Of a stretch of DNA of 64,000 nucleotides, positions 31,101 through 45,979 are shown one piece after another (the stretch's first letter is position 1; each line of letters starts with the position of its first letter). The notes beneath the pieces were generated by a model. It was not told where the DNA came from. It did no database searches and saw nothing but the letters and a program-made list of their open reading frames with translations. The DNA comes from the human T2T-CHM13v2.0 reference genome, Homo sapiens: the NCBI RefSeq assembly GCF_009914755.1, contig NC_060927.1. One strand, written 5' to 3'. The translations under genes were made by a program, and so were the position numbers.

Positions 31101-31749
31101 CAACTGGACCCTTAATCTCAGATATTCCCAGTCTGGAAACTGGACCATCATGCCAATGTCCTTGCTCAGTGCTTTTCAAGCATTAGCATGGACTAGAACA
31201 ACTACCCAAAGACTTGTATAAACAAGAGATTGTTGGGTCACACCCCAAGAGTTTCTGATTCAGTTTGTATGGGGAGCTCCTGGGGAATAAATTCCGAGTA
31301 CCAGGTATCATCATGAAGAGATGCGGATGACGCTCAACAGGGATCACACTAAAAAAAATACCATCCTAGGTATGCCAAATAATAAAAAAATTGGTATTTC
31401 TGATTCTAGATAACAGCCCTATGAGGAGGTTAAACAATGAAGGGCAACGATAAATCACAGGAGGAAGAAATCAAGACAAGTTGAGGTAATACCGCAGGGG
31501 GAAGAAACAGTTAAGTGGGTCTCAAAGACATGAGAATATTTTGCTAGTCAGAAATGGAGAGGGATTCGTGTTTTCATTATTCAAAAGACAGGAAATGGTT
31601 AATTGCAAATTACCATTTAGAATTAAGAGTGGACAGCTGGAAGCCAAGATGGAGCAGATCACAGACCACAGGGGGCACAGCTAAGAGAATACTGGGTATA
31701 CATGGGAAAGATGATACCACATGAGGTTGTGAGCAGAGAATTAACCAGG

Positions 31750-32810
31750 TGCCATAAGTTCACTAATTCCTTCAATGTTACTGTGTGCCTACTATGTGCC
31801 ACTGTTCTAGAGACTCAGCATTCAAGACAGGACAAGAGACCAAAAATAAGCCTCTGCCATCATGGAGTTTATATTCCAATACAGGGAACCAAAAAAAAAA
31901 ACAAACAAAAATTTGCATTTAACTTTCAGGGCTAAAGATAAAGAACGAAGTGTCATAGAGTGTCGCAGGGAGTCTTGAATGGGTTGCTATCTTGGATGAC
32001 ATAACCAAGTTTCACTGAGAGGGTGACCTGAAGCAAAGGAAGTGAGCTATGCAGATATTTGAGGGACATCTTTCCAGTAAAAGGAAACAACAAATACAGA
32101 GAATATGACTGGGCTGGGTTCAGGCCTCATACATTGGCAGTGGAAGAAAAGGGAGGACAGCAGGCATCCAGAATGGCCAGAAGAGACTATGCAAGGGAAA
32201 ATGAGATGAGTTCAGAAGTCAGAATGAATAGACTGTGCAGGGCCTAGGAGGTCATTGTAAAGATTCTGGTTTTTACTTCAAATGTAATAGCAAGCTAGTA
32301 GAGGATTCTGAGTAAAGAGATGATATAATAGCTACTAAAATAACAGTAATAACAATACAATAATAACAATGTCTACCATATAGATACTATTAATTCATTT
32401 AATCCAAGTATTACTGCTCTTCCAATATTACATTTAACTGTGTTGCCCAACTTTAAATATATGGTAAGTGGCAGAGCTCATATTTGAACCGAGAAAGACT
32501 AGCTCCAGAGGCTGTGCTCTTAACTGCTATGCAATACTGCATCTCATAATCTGACTCAAGTTTAACAGGATTACCCTGGTTGCTATCACAGGAGAGGCCA
32601 AGGACAAAATTAGGAAATCTGTTGAAGAGTGTTCTGAACAGTGTTCTAGGTTAGAGACCATGGTGATACAGACAAGGAACGGTAGTAAAGGAGGTAAAAA
32701 GTCATCCATTTGAATATGTTTCTAAGGCAGACTAAACAACATTGATGGACAGATTAAACAGGGTTTGTGAAAAAGAGCAGTGAAGAAGGATTCCAAGTTA
32801 TTTCATAAGA
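31750..32810. mobile_element. L2 fragments with an embedded MIR
   Basis: tgcctactatgtgcc...ctgccatcatggagtttatattc; MIR-like 32380-32530. Confidence 0.55.
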
Positions 32811-35089
32811 CTAATCTTAAAAGATGAGTCTCCTGCATCAATAAAATTTTAAGAAAATGTTTAAAGTAGTGAAGGACTCCAAATTATCTCATAAATCTAA
32901 CCTGAAAAGATGAGTCTGTTACATAAATAAAATTTTAAGAAATGTTTAAAGTATCTTCTGTGACTTTCTAAACAATAAGAATTCTAAATGCCACATTCCC
33001 TATCCTGAAGGAACACAAATCTCCACAATTTATCTTGATAAATGCTCACCCCGGTAGCGTTATAAACGCCAACTATCAAACAACCTAAATGTTGGATTAA
33101 GGGTTTTATTATGATGCAGGAAAAAGATAATAATGCAGCTCATCCTAAAGTGTAAAGCTTTTCTGCACATCCAATATTTTACTGAGATTTCCACTGGACT
33201 TAAGCAGAAATGAATATTCAGAGGATTTTCTCTCTTTTTCAAACCAGTTTGTAAAATAAAATCAAGCCAACAGTTACACATTCCTGTACAAATGCCATCA
33301 CTTTAAGTCATTAGCAAGAAATTTATTACAAGGCTTAGAATATACACATTGAAACAGCACTAGGGAAGAAATATCAGCTGCTGGCAAAAAATACTGTTGA
33401 AGAATGTCACTGTGGAAAAGCTGGTCTTTCCCTGCCTTCCTCCCTTTCTCTTTCCTCACCTCGTATACAGTCAAATTCAACTAATTCCTAGCTACAACAC
33501 ATTAGAAATGAATGGTTCGCCACCTGGTTCTTCAAGACTGCTCCACAAAAACATAGCAAGGCATTAATTAGTCATAAGCAAGATGCATATTTAAGGTAGA
33601 TGTTCATAAAATAGCTCTCTTTTGAACGCAATTTAAATTTTCTCAGCAGTATAAATCCATACAGGGTCAGGATACTCCAGTATGACCCAGTGCACTGGGT
33701 CAGGTTATGTCTGAAAGAGTCAATGTTTCATTTGGGGAATTTATGTAGCAGGAAATAAGAATCCCCTGTTAGAAAGCTGAGCCAATGCTATATGGGGTCA
33801 GTTCTTATGACAATTCATCAAAAGTCCAGCCTCTCAAGATGCCTCTACATTACAGAGACAAACACAGAGACATTCCCATTTCTGAAAGGATTCATGACAT
33901 TCCTCATCAGAAAACTGCTCCCCAGTGAAGTCTGATTTCACTGTGACCTAGAAACGAGGGTAAGCATTCAGTGTTTTGTCAGCTTCAACGACCTCTCCCC
34001 AACAATCCTCACTCATTCTTAATTCCAGAATTTCTCAAAGTAGAAGGAACTCAGTAATTTCATAAACTAGTATATAATTAGAAGTATATACAGCTCAGAG
34101 AGTCTGAATTAAACTATACTATGTGTGCTTTTTCAGAAATACACAATACGCTTTAATAAAGAATAGGATCAGTTCCTGAAAATTCACAAACTACTCTCTG
34201 CATTTTTAGTCATAAAGCATTCCAGTCAATTAAACCATGGTGCCTTTCAACTTTCTCTAAACACTTTCTATTAATAATGTTAATAATGCAAATCATTCTG
34301 TCAAATGTGATAATTAAGCAAAGAATACCAAACAAATATAACCTCTTCTTGAGGACTCATGATCACTTACCATATTTTCCAATGATAGGGTACTTCCCCA
34401 GAACATCTAAATCTACAGAGCTGTTTATTCCTATAATAAGTGGCCCCAGACAGAATGTTTTCCACATGCTGCTTCTGATCTTTAATTTCCTGGTCTCCAT
34501 TTTAATGTCTGAGTGTCCATGTACCTGCTCTGTCAAGAACACAACATGTTTCTTCATTTACTGCCCCCTAATAAGTTTTATTATGAGGTTTTATTAAGTT
34601 TTATTATGTACTCTCAGTACATAAACTAGATAAATAATAAATCAGATAATTGAATACACAGTATGAACAAATGAGTTATCTAATGGCTTTCCTACCTTTA
34701 ATTATAAGTAACATAAATAGCTGGATGTTTAGATTAATTACAACCCCAAAAAAGGACAAAGTTAACTACATTACAATTTAAATTGCTGTATTCTATTAAT
34801 GTGGACCGCTAATAAAATGATCACTACTGCATTAACTCTTCTGTGATTTATCTTGCAGTTTACTTAAACTGCATACATTCCCCAGACGCAGTTTACAAAA
34901 TGGATCTAACACTAAGGAAGTTCTCGTTTTTATTGAAAGAAAAGTTAGAACAGGGACAGTTGGAAATTTCAGATTGAGATGGGGAAAGAAATCCCCAACC
35001 TCAGGAGAAGTTCATGTTCCTCAACTACAGATTTAACCCCTGACTCCACACCACATTTGAGCCCTGCAAATACTCCTCAAAGGGCTTTC

Positions 35090-35540
35090 ATCTTTATTCT
35101 TTCAACAGATACTGACATTCACTGTTTATCAGGCACTGTGCTACATGTTGGAGACATAATGGTAAACGAAGTAAATGCTGGAATTGAAGAGAATGTAAAC
35201 CTAATAGATCCCCAAATCCTAGTTGATACACAGTAGGCACTCAATAAATATTTTTGGAAGGAAGTCACTCAATAAACATTTTTGGAAAAATCAATCCCTG
35301 TCTTCATGGGTCTTACAATACAGTTGTGAGGGGAGACAGTGGCAAATAATTCCACAAACAATTTAAAATGGAAACTGCAGTAAAACTAAGAATAAGTTCA
35401 ACAACACGAAGAGGATGAAAGGTTTTAACAGAGAAAGTTATTTTAAATTGGAAGTTTATGAAAAAAATTGTGAGGAATTCGCCCTAAAACTGAGGACAAA
35501 TGAGTTCACCAGGTGAAGAAATGTGTGTAACAGGGGAATG
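35090..35540. mobile_element. L2 fragments
   Basis: caggcactgtgctacatgttggaga; cacagtaggcactcaataaata. Confidence 0.5.
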
Positions 35541-36939
35541 GGATTCAACATTCTCCACTTCTGTTCCCAGAGAGTTAGAAAATTGGCAAAAACATCATTT
35601 ACTGTATCTAACCATACATCTACTGTATGTAACCAAATGTTCCTGTCAGAAAACAATTGCCAAATTATAACTTTCAAAAAGATGAGAAAAGTATTTATCC
35701 CTTGAAAGTATCTCTAAATAAACTACAAGTAAAGCTATTATCTACTGATATTTAATGTCCTTTATTAAAAGGAACTAGTTTTTTTATTCAGATTTTTGTC
35801 ATCAAGAAAAATAATGCCTAAATTAATACGAATGCAGTGTTTTCTTTTTTAATAGAAATTTATGTAATCCAACAAGTTTTAAGTTAGCAAAACAAATCAG
35901 TGCAAAATTCACCATCCAGCTGTATGAATCTACCCCTCCTGGTGCTTCTCTCTACTGTTTTTTCCATCTCTCTGCCTATTCATTCTCAGTCTGTCACTTT
36001 TTCTTCCTTTACCTATTTCCAAAAACTAAGGGTGGTACATAGAAAAGTTATCAGGGATCTTTTTCCAGCTACATGGTAGATGTACTTTCATGTAAAGGTT
36101 GGTCAATAAAAACACTACAAACCTGAAACCTTTCATATTACAAGATTAATTGCCCACTGACCTAAATGGAAAGTGGAGGCAGAGTAGGGTCTGTTCCAGG
36201 CACACAAATCTCCAGTTCTTGCCCTTAAACAAAGTTTAAGCACACAAATATCCCAGTGCTTGCCTTTAAACATAATTTAAGTACAATAAATAACAAACGA
36301 TAAAAGCTACATTCAAAATAAAGCTTTGTAATATACTGCCTAAGATTATAAGAAAGGGGCATTGTCAGCACATTCCAATCTCTTGTCAAACCAAATACAC
36401 TTGATGCCTTGGTACAAACCAAAGCTGACTCAGGGACTCTCTGCAGCAGCACTGATCTTACAGTCATGTAGCCAGATTTCCCCTGCCATTTGTTCCCATC
36501 TTCCATGCTTTGGTTATAACACAATTTCTGTAAACTGAAAAATCTGCTTCAAGCAGCTCTGCTATTTTTCAATGCTATCGGCTGACATTTTGCAGAATGC
36601 TTTTTCCCAAACTCACTGCTCAGTGCATCACAGCAGCTATTTTGGCCTACTTCCTAGAGTTAAACACTCCGACCGCCCTTGTAAAAATATTTTTAGGGTC
36701 CTGTTTTCCACCACTAGCATTCTGCTGAATAAACATTTAGATAACATTACAGACACAAAGAAGACTATAAGTTTTAATAGTAAGTATTAAAATAAGAGTA
36801 AAGCAGTCACCAGAGTAACTCGTGTTTACAATCTATGTAAACATGAGTGAGAATATAAAAAAAAAGCATGTAGAGTATATACTCAATTGGTGTTAAGACT
36901 TAAACAAATTAAAACTTCTAAGATGCAAAATTTTAAGAA

Positions 36940-37790
36940 TAAAATTTGGAGTCATCCTTAACTCCTGTTTTTCTCTCACATTCCCCATCTAAGTTGACCA
37001 CAAATTCTATCAGCATTACAGGATCCAGCCTCTCCTAACCATCTTTTCTGTGAGTAGTCTAAACCTAGGCACCATCCTCTTCTCCCTAGACTACTGAAAT
37101 CATCTCTTAAAGAATTTCCCTGTATCTACCCTGGCCATTGTCAATCCCTTCTTTCTACTGGCCGGAATGATATAGCTGTAACTCTATCAATTCAGGGCCA
37201 CAATGTATATAGTTTAGCAACTGTACTATATAATACAGCCACCCTTTAGAGAGGCTAAAGGGGAAAATGGGGCTGAAATCAGCCTGTACTACATTCACCA
37301 ACCAAAAGTCCAGATAAAATAACCTATTCTAATTCACACACATATCTTGCGTTTCTCTCCAAATTTTTTTAAGGGTTTACCTCTTGTTCTCAATAAAATC
37401 CAAACTCCTTACCCTAGTCCACACTCCAAGTACCTAAGAGATCTGGTCTTGACTGTCAATCTGATCTCTTCCATCACTATCCCCTCCTTGTCCCTAATGC
37501 AGGCACACTGTTCTCCTGGCTGCTCTGCAGACACATCAAACACATCCTCAGCTAAGAGCGTTTATACTGTGGTCCCCGCTGCCTGTAATCCTCCTCTCTC
37601 AGAAAGCCTCCACCCTTCTATGCTCAAATGTAACCAAAGATAAAAAGCATCTCCTGAAAACAGTACTTATAATGGTATTCTTCAACCTAATCACTCTAAT
37701 CTCATTTTATTTTTCTTTTTAAGATTTATACCTTCCCAATACATTTGTTTACCGTCCTTTCTAACTCCACTAGAATGTACACACCACTGA
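36940..37790. mobile_element. L2 fragment
   Basis: ttggagtcatccttaactcctgttttt...aataaaatccaaactcctt...ccactagaatgta. Confidence 0.55.
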
Positions 37791-40119
37791 TACGAATATG
37801 CAACTCACATAAGAAACAGAAGTGGCAAAAAATATTTTAGCAAGTAAATAAATCACTATAAATTTAAGAAATAAAAAAGGAGGATAAAGAGAATCAGACA
37901 CTATTTTCCCCTAAAACCTTGAAGAAAGTATTTTGAAAAGTAATGCTTGCCAAGATTTCCATACCCTTTTGTACACTGCTCGTGGAAGTGAAAATCCATA
38001 AAACCTTCTGGAAATCAACTCCACAATATGTAACAAGAGACAGAAAGAGTACATATCTTTTTATTTAAATATTTTGTTTCATGAACTTTTCCTATAAAAA
38101 TAGGTAAAAATGGAAACCAAAACTTATTTTCAATAATACCCTTACAATATTATTTTTGTTAGTGTCAAATGGCAAACAAGCTATATATCGAATAAGGTAA
38201 TGGTTATAAAACTTATGGTATAATCCCGTGACAGATATAAAAATGTTACTTAAAAATCATGGCTTGAAGAATATTCAATGCCATGGGAAATGCTTAAAAT
38301 ATACTATTTTGTAAATAAGACAAATACAAAACTGTGGCTTTATTGTTTATCAATATGTATGTATATCTTGATTTTATAAAGAAAATACATGAAGATATAC
38401 AAACAAAAAAATGAATACTATCACAGTGTTTTACATTGTTTACTAATTGATAGTGTGTTCATGGACAAATTTAAATTTATTCTTAACTATCTCTGTTTTC
38501 AGTTACAAGCATTTATTGTCATTGTAACCGAAAATACAACTCTTAAACGAAGTTATGCCATCTTCATTAGATCTACCATATCCTAGTTCTTACTGATTTC
38601 TACTGGTGCTTCAACATTTCTTATAGGAGCTCTGTCATTTCTTACTAGAGCTTTCAGAATAATTTAGATGACAAACGTCATTTGAAGGGCTAAACTGACT
38701 ACATCCTAGGCATATCACCAAAACAAATCCAGATTCCCCAAATATTTTTGTCTTCATCAAAATAAAAGCAAATGTTTTTAGCTGTATCATTTTAAACACA
38801 CACATACAAAACCAAAAACTAAAACTGCTATGGTGACATAATAAACCTAGATAGGCATGTATTAATCTAATCCAGCCATTCCCAATCTAGTTTTGTCTAT
38901 GTGTTAATTTGAACACTAAGGTACATCTACCTACCACCTGAAATTATCACAATGAGCAAAACAAATGAAATTTTAAAATAAATAAATACCATGTGTAGTT
39001 GGGGTGTCCCAACTCCAAATAATGTGAGGAAGATCAACATTCTAATTTGAATGCAAGATACTCCTCTGTAGATTTGTTCAGCAGGAGTTTCAGCCATAAG
39101 CTTAACTATAGTTACTGTTACGAGCAAAGAAACTACAAAAGTAAAAAACAATTACATAAAAACCAAACTTTCAAATAAAAATTGTGAAACATAAATTTAC
39201 AATTAGAAAGTACAGTTATGGTAGTCCACAAAGTTTTCTTTTGTACTTTTGTTATCATGAATTTTTAAAAGGCTGAGTCAAATTAAATCCTTCCTTCCTT
39301 AATGAGCCAGAATTTTATTACTGACATTATCAAAATCCAGAAGCTGTGAGTAAGCCCCACTTTTATCTCAGAAAAGTGACACTAGTCAGCTAAGAATTTA
39401 CTGAAAGTTATAGGGTGCTGTATAAAATAAGAGCACTAGTAAATAAGAAATGAATGAATAAGTCAAACAAATATCATAAAATTGTAATTAGGATTAAGTT
39501 GTACCATGCCGTCTCTTCCATAAAAGTTACAATCCACTGGCCTCAAAACAATAAGGATGGTGAGGGGACATAAATTTCTATTACTTAGTTGCCTCTATTT
39601 CATAAGTTTCTTTTTTTCCCATGACTTTATTAGAAATTGGTCTTCTTAAAAGCTGACAAAGTATTCAACATGCTTAGAACTTTATAATAGAGCTCCACGT
39701 TAAAAAGCATGTATTTCATGTAATGCTAAGCCCTTACTTGGGTCCCTATTGTCAAAAACATCCATAAAAATTTAAAATAATTTAATGCTTTGCCAAGCTT
39801 CAGGAAGAACAATTACTGAAAAAGTCATGAGAAAATCAAATATTAAAGGTGCATTTCTCCAAGTTCTTTGGAGCTAAACATTTGGATGTAAATTATACCC
39901 CTCCTCTAAGATGTATTCCTGTGAGATTTGAAAAACAGATGGTCCTATCCCTATCACTTTTGGCCATTTCCATTGGTAAGCATGGTCAGAAGGATACGGT
40001 TTACCCTACACCAGTGTTCTAGGGTCAATCTCACACTTTGTGGGAACTGGGGAGGAGGGCGGGTGGACGGAGAGGGAGAGAAAGAGAGAGAGAGGCAGAG
40101 AGACAGACAGACATATGGA

Positions 40120-40475
40120 CAGCAGCAAAGGCTGTGGCTGAATTCTGCATTGTTGGTATAGTCACTGCCTCATGGGCATAAGGAATCAACAGAGACAGCT
40201 TCTCCATCCCTGGGTTACATTTATGGAAGCCTATTTCTGAATTCAATACTTCCAATGGTGGGCTCCTGATTCCCCGCTGGGACAGAGGTAGTAGCCTCCT
40301 AGTTTGGTCAGCTATTTCTGCTATTCTAGAAGTCACTGCTGAAAGTTTTGCTAAAGCCCATTCTTCCAGGCTTTCCAGTAATTGTATAAGCTTGTAATTA
40401 CTTTTGTTAAATCTGTTTTTGCTCAAGATATCTAAAATGGGTTCTTCGTTTGAATAGAACCCTGACCAACATAGG
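40120..40475. mobile_element. MLT2-like ERVL LTR fragment
   Basis: ...gttaaatctgtttttgctcaaga...gaaccctgaccaacata end. Confidence 0.5.
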
Positions 40476-41023
40476 GTTCCTGCTTATCTTGTTAGTTGTG
40501 ACTAGGGCAAGCCATGGGTTAATGGACTATCCCTCTGTAAGGCCTATAGGCAGAGAAGCTTCCGAGGTTGGGAGTTCTAAGGCACAGCAATTCAAGAGAT
40601 ACGATCTCTATCCTCTTGCAGGTTAAAATCCAACTAAGAATGTAAAGTTAGTTCATATGAAAAGACTGAGAATAACATACTAAATACTAATTTAAATCAC
40701 AGATTATATATTTGCAGAGAATACTGTAGGAGTTCAACATTGAAGGAACAATAAAAATCTACAAAAAAATCACTAGAATATAAGACTTAATATATCTATG
40801 TTCAGGCCTTAAAAAATGACAGACAGTATTTTCACAGTCAAGGAACCTGGAAATATAATCCCCCCTCCTCCAAAAGATGTGTAAAAGCATGATCTCTTGA
40901 CTGGATAGTGAGGAATCCAGTATGAACAGAGTGCAAATTGGGAAATGATAATAAATACATTTGGAAATAGAGAAGACACTAGAAGCGGGGCAGTGAAATT
41001 AGAAGTGTGCCATCAGACTGTAG

Positions 41024-41235
41024 CAGAGTTTCCCAACTTCAGCACTATTGACATTTGGGGCCAGATAATTCTTTCTTGGGGTGGGGCTGGGAGAGAGTGA
41101 TGGGGTCATGCTGTGTAATGCAGGACACTTTAGCAGGGTCCCTGGACTCAACCGACAGGATGCAAGTAGCACCCACTGCTCAAAACAAAATGTCTCTAGA
41201 CGTTACCAAATATTCCAGGGGGGACAAAACCACTG
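41024..41235. mobile_element. MER20 hAT MITE
   Basis: cagagtttcccaacttcagcactattgacatttggggccagataattcttt...aaccactg. Confidence 0.8.
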
Positions 41236-41867
41236 GACCATAGGCTGAAAGTCATAGCATGCGAAGAGTCACTGGACTTAAGAAAGATGAGACAAGAAAA
41301 ATAATTTCAGAAACAATGATAATTATCTAATTCAGTGATGTATACAGAGAGGGGGCTGCAAACACATCAGTGAAGAGGCCAGGCACCTGCTATGGTGACT
41401 GGAGTGCACAAGCACCCCATCCAAGGAGAGGACTTCTCAGAGTCAGCCAGCTGTTGTTGCCATACGGGAAGGAAAACCCAGGGTTTCCAGGCCTTCTTTT
41501 CCTTTTTTCTCCTCCAAAACAAGAAAGATTCTGATTTTTAAGTAAAATTTCCTGAAACATAGAACTTAATTTGAGGCTTTTGAAAAACAATATTTAGGCT
41601 AGATTTGACCCTGAAGCTACCAGAGTCCTGCAGTGTAGACTAAGGTAAGTGACAGCTTGGAAGGTGTTTAGGAAGATAAATTTATGGATCCGGATCAAAC
41701 AAACCAACTATAAAAAGACATACTTGAGAAAAAGAGGCAAAGGTGAATTTGGATAGGTATTAAATAACATTAAGGAATCACTGTTGAATGCAATAACAAT
41801 ATTAAGATCATGTTAAAAATAATCTTTACCCGTTTCAAATATCTAATAGATATCTAATTATTTATAC

Positions 41868-41886
41868 AGGCAGGCAGGCAGGCAGG

Positions 41887-41919
<33 letters not shown>
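41868..41919. repeat. (AGGC)n followed by (CA)n microsatellite
   Basis: Read directly. Confidence 0.9.
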
Positions 41920-41921
<2 letters not shown>

Positions 41922-43937
41922 TTCACTACAGATGAAACAAACAAAAAAAGACAGAGACAAAATAATGAGCAAAGCACTATACCTAAATACGAAGAATAAA
42001 TCAGAGGAATGAGAAAAAAATGACTTCAAAGTTTTGAAGTTCAAAGTTAGAGGTCTCTAGTCTCCTTGTATAGTGAGCGCCCTCTGGCTATATCAAGAAA
42101 GCAAACACTCCTCTGTACTGTTTCTGCATTTACCCTAGTATTTTAAAAACATCATCCTCAAATTCTTTGTAATACACTTAATCATAATAAAAGAGGAAAT
42201 AACACAACTCTCCAATAATTCAAAGCACAACAGACTTGTACCTCAATTTATCAGAAATACCAAGTGATATAAAACACATCCATGGTTGCATAATATTACA
42301 ACATCTATATTTCTGAATCTCTGCTGATTACTGAAGTAACCAGCTGACTTCCTGAAACCAAATAAAAAACAAATTCAGCACTATACACTGTCTCAGTGTA
42401 TATGTTGCAAGAGGGTCCATGCACACTGGACCATAGGCTGAAAGTCATAGCATGCAAAGAATGGCTGGGATATTCCATTTGTTACGGTTAATATGAAATG
42501 CTACAACCACAATAAGCATAATCCACAGAAATAAATCCCAAGGATGAAACTACCCAAACCAAATTTCTGTTCAGGGAAGAATTCAGTGTCACATTTTACA
42601 TAAGCATAATTTCCCTTGCCAGCACTCAGCAGTGGCTTCTAGTTCAGATTTTTCTGAATTAATTGTGAACTCATTCAAGTCACATATTTTGTAATTTTGT
42701 ACCACACTTAAAAGCAACTTCCCTTCCTCTATTTCACTGACCCTCTCACTCCCATCACCTCTTCAAACTGAATAGGACTCTTTTTCGAAAGAAGTTTCTA
42801 CAAACCAAATATGCTTTTAAACTAATTTAAGTGTGGGATATTCTGAGAATTATTAAGAAAAATTCATGTCTTGCATCAATAAAGAATTTAAATCTGGTTA
42901 TAGAAAATCAGATATAATTATCAATTATAGTTATTTTTTAAGTTTGTGTCTATGGTTCAAAAGTAGACTTCTTAGTTTATCTTTTATCTCAACATGAAAA
43001 AAAAATCTCACTTATCCACTCTGCCATAACCCATGGAGCTGACAGTACTGGTGTAACACAGCCATTCAGTGAGAAGGAGCCCGGTTTTTTAGGATATTTA
43101 CTTGCTGTTTAAAATGTAATACTTCAATTTTTTAAAAAATATGTTTATGCTTGAGGAACATAAAATATCAAGTGATATTAATAAGATAAAAGTTTATCAT
43201 TTTAATAAACCAAATTTTTCTTCAACCTAATATACTGTACAAAAGACTCAGCTACTGGTATTTATTTGCTTATTCAATAAATAACAGTTAATTTCCAAAA
43301 CCAACACCCAGGCTAAATACTTCTGTTAATATTTGCTAATCTTACACGTAAAAAACAACTGTATAAGTAACTATATATGTTTTTAAAATTAAGTCACCCT
43401 CTTTCCCTTCCAGTTGTTCTGCTTGAACTGCTTCCTTCAATTTACATAAAATCCACCTGGAAACGGTAGGAAAAATAGCCAGAAAAAAAAGCACTGCACA
43501 CCACCATCTTCTCCAAGGATTAAGTCTCAGAGTGTACCACTCACTAGATATGCTCCATTCTAAAGATGCAAACACATGTAGAACAAATGCTGCTGTGACA
43601 ATGACCTAGCAAGATATCAAAGAAGTCCAGATTAAAATGTATTCATACTTTCTATTCCTTTCTTAAGGCTCAACAATAACCTCCATGGCTAGTAAACACA
43701 AATGTGTACATACACATATACACATATACGTATGCACATAAATACTTTGCTCCCACAAACTGATTTCGTTTTTATTTGCCATGTTTTCAGTTCACTAAAT
43801 GCAATCATATTTTAAAGATAATTAATGAATCCAAAAGTTGAATCTAGGTATTCTGATGACTATTTATGTAACAAGTTAGAAAAGGGTCCCCAATTTTTAA
43901 GTAGCACATATCATAAAACTTCGTTTTAACTTCTACG

Positions 43938-44293
43938 TAGCCATTAAAAAAAAAATGAGATCATGTTTTTTGCGAGAACATGGATGGAGCTGGAGGCTAT
44001 TATCCTTAGCAAACTAACACAGGAACAGAAATCCAAATACCGAATATTCTCACTTATATGTGGAAGCTAAATGATGAGAACTCATAAACACAAAGAAAGG
44101 AACAACAGATACTGGGCTCAACTTAAGGGTGACAGTGAGAGGAGACAGAGGAGCAAAGAAGATAACTACTGAGTACTGGGCTTAATACCTGGGTGATGAA
44201 ATAGTCTGTACAACAAACTCCCATTACATGAGTTCACCTGTGTAACAAACCTTCACATGTACCCCTGAACCCTAAATAAAAGTTAAAAAAAAA
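43938..44293 (+). mobile_element. Old L1PA 3' end
   Basis: acatggatggagctggaggctattatccttagcaaactaacacaggaacag...aataaaagttaaaaaaaa. Confidence 0.88.
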
Positions 44294-44764
44294 GTTACCA
44301 GCATAATTGTTATTAATTTATTTGACTTAAAGGTCAGGACTGAAACAGATGAATATAAGTTTATTTTTTTAACAGCATACAATATTTAAATGTACTGAAG
44401 AGGATACGGTTCCTCTCTGAAAACAGAAAATAGCTTCATAAAAACACCAGACTTGTTTTCTCTTCTCATATAAAAACACTTGGAACCTTTTTAAATGTAA
44501 ATTTAATTCTAGTTATTCTTGGCCTACTGTCCTGCATCTAAATCAAAAGCTAATTAAGAGAAAAAAGCAACACCAAGTCCTGGCCAAGTCCAGATCTTGA
44601 TACAACAACCAGTAGAAAAAGTAGAATTTAAAACACAAAACAACCTTATATCTATGCCTTCTTTGGCCTAACAAATAATAGTAAGTTTTCTTGAGACCTC
44701 TTTTCTGATTCCTGCAGCACTCTGTCTCTACCACCATTCTGACACTTAAAAGTCAAGAGACATT

Positions 44765-45091
<327 letters not shown>

Positions 45092-45653
45092 TCACAGATT
45101 ACAAGTAAAATCTGACGAGGCTCAAGAATCGGCTCAAGGTTGGTGAGTGGAAGGATGAGAACTTAGATGTAGGTTTCCTGATGCCAGATGTGTGTGTTCT
45201 TCCCTGCAGCCCAGGTTGCTTACCCATAAGTGCTTCTCAGATTTGCTCCGTTTTATACATACATTATTTTCCCTGTAAGAATCTTAGAATTTCAATACAG
45301 AACAGGAACTGAGCCTTGTGTGGTTTTTGTTTGTTCATTCTGGTTTGTTTTTCTGTTTTTCCTTCACACAAAGCAACAGAACACAGACTAGCCAGTCAAT
45401 AAATACTCCAATTATTTTTTAAAATATTAATTACCAAAATTTCACAGTATTACACAATGGGAATTATTGTTGGCATACATTTGCATCTTAAAATTTACAA
45501 TGCTGTTAGTTACCTCTAAAAAAGTTGTATTATGAGGGAATTTGTAAAGCTTAGCTAAATAAACTAATGTAGATTTACTAAATTATATAGGTTTATAAAA
45601 GCATACACAAACTGCTACTAAAATCAAGAATTAAAGCAATACAAAAATAGTCA

Positions 45654-45979
<326 letters not shown>

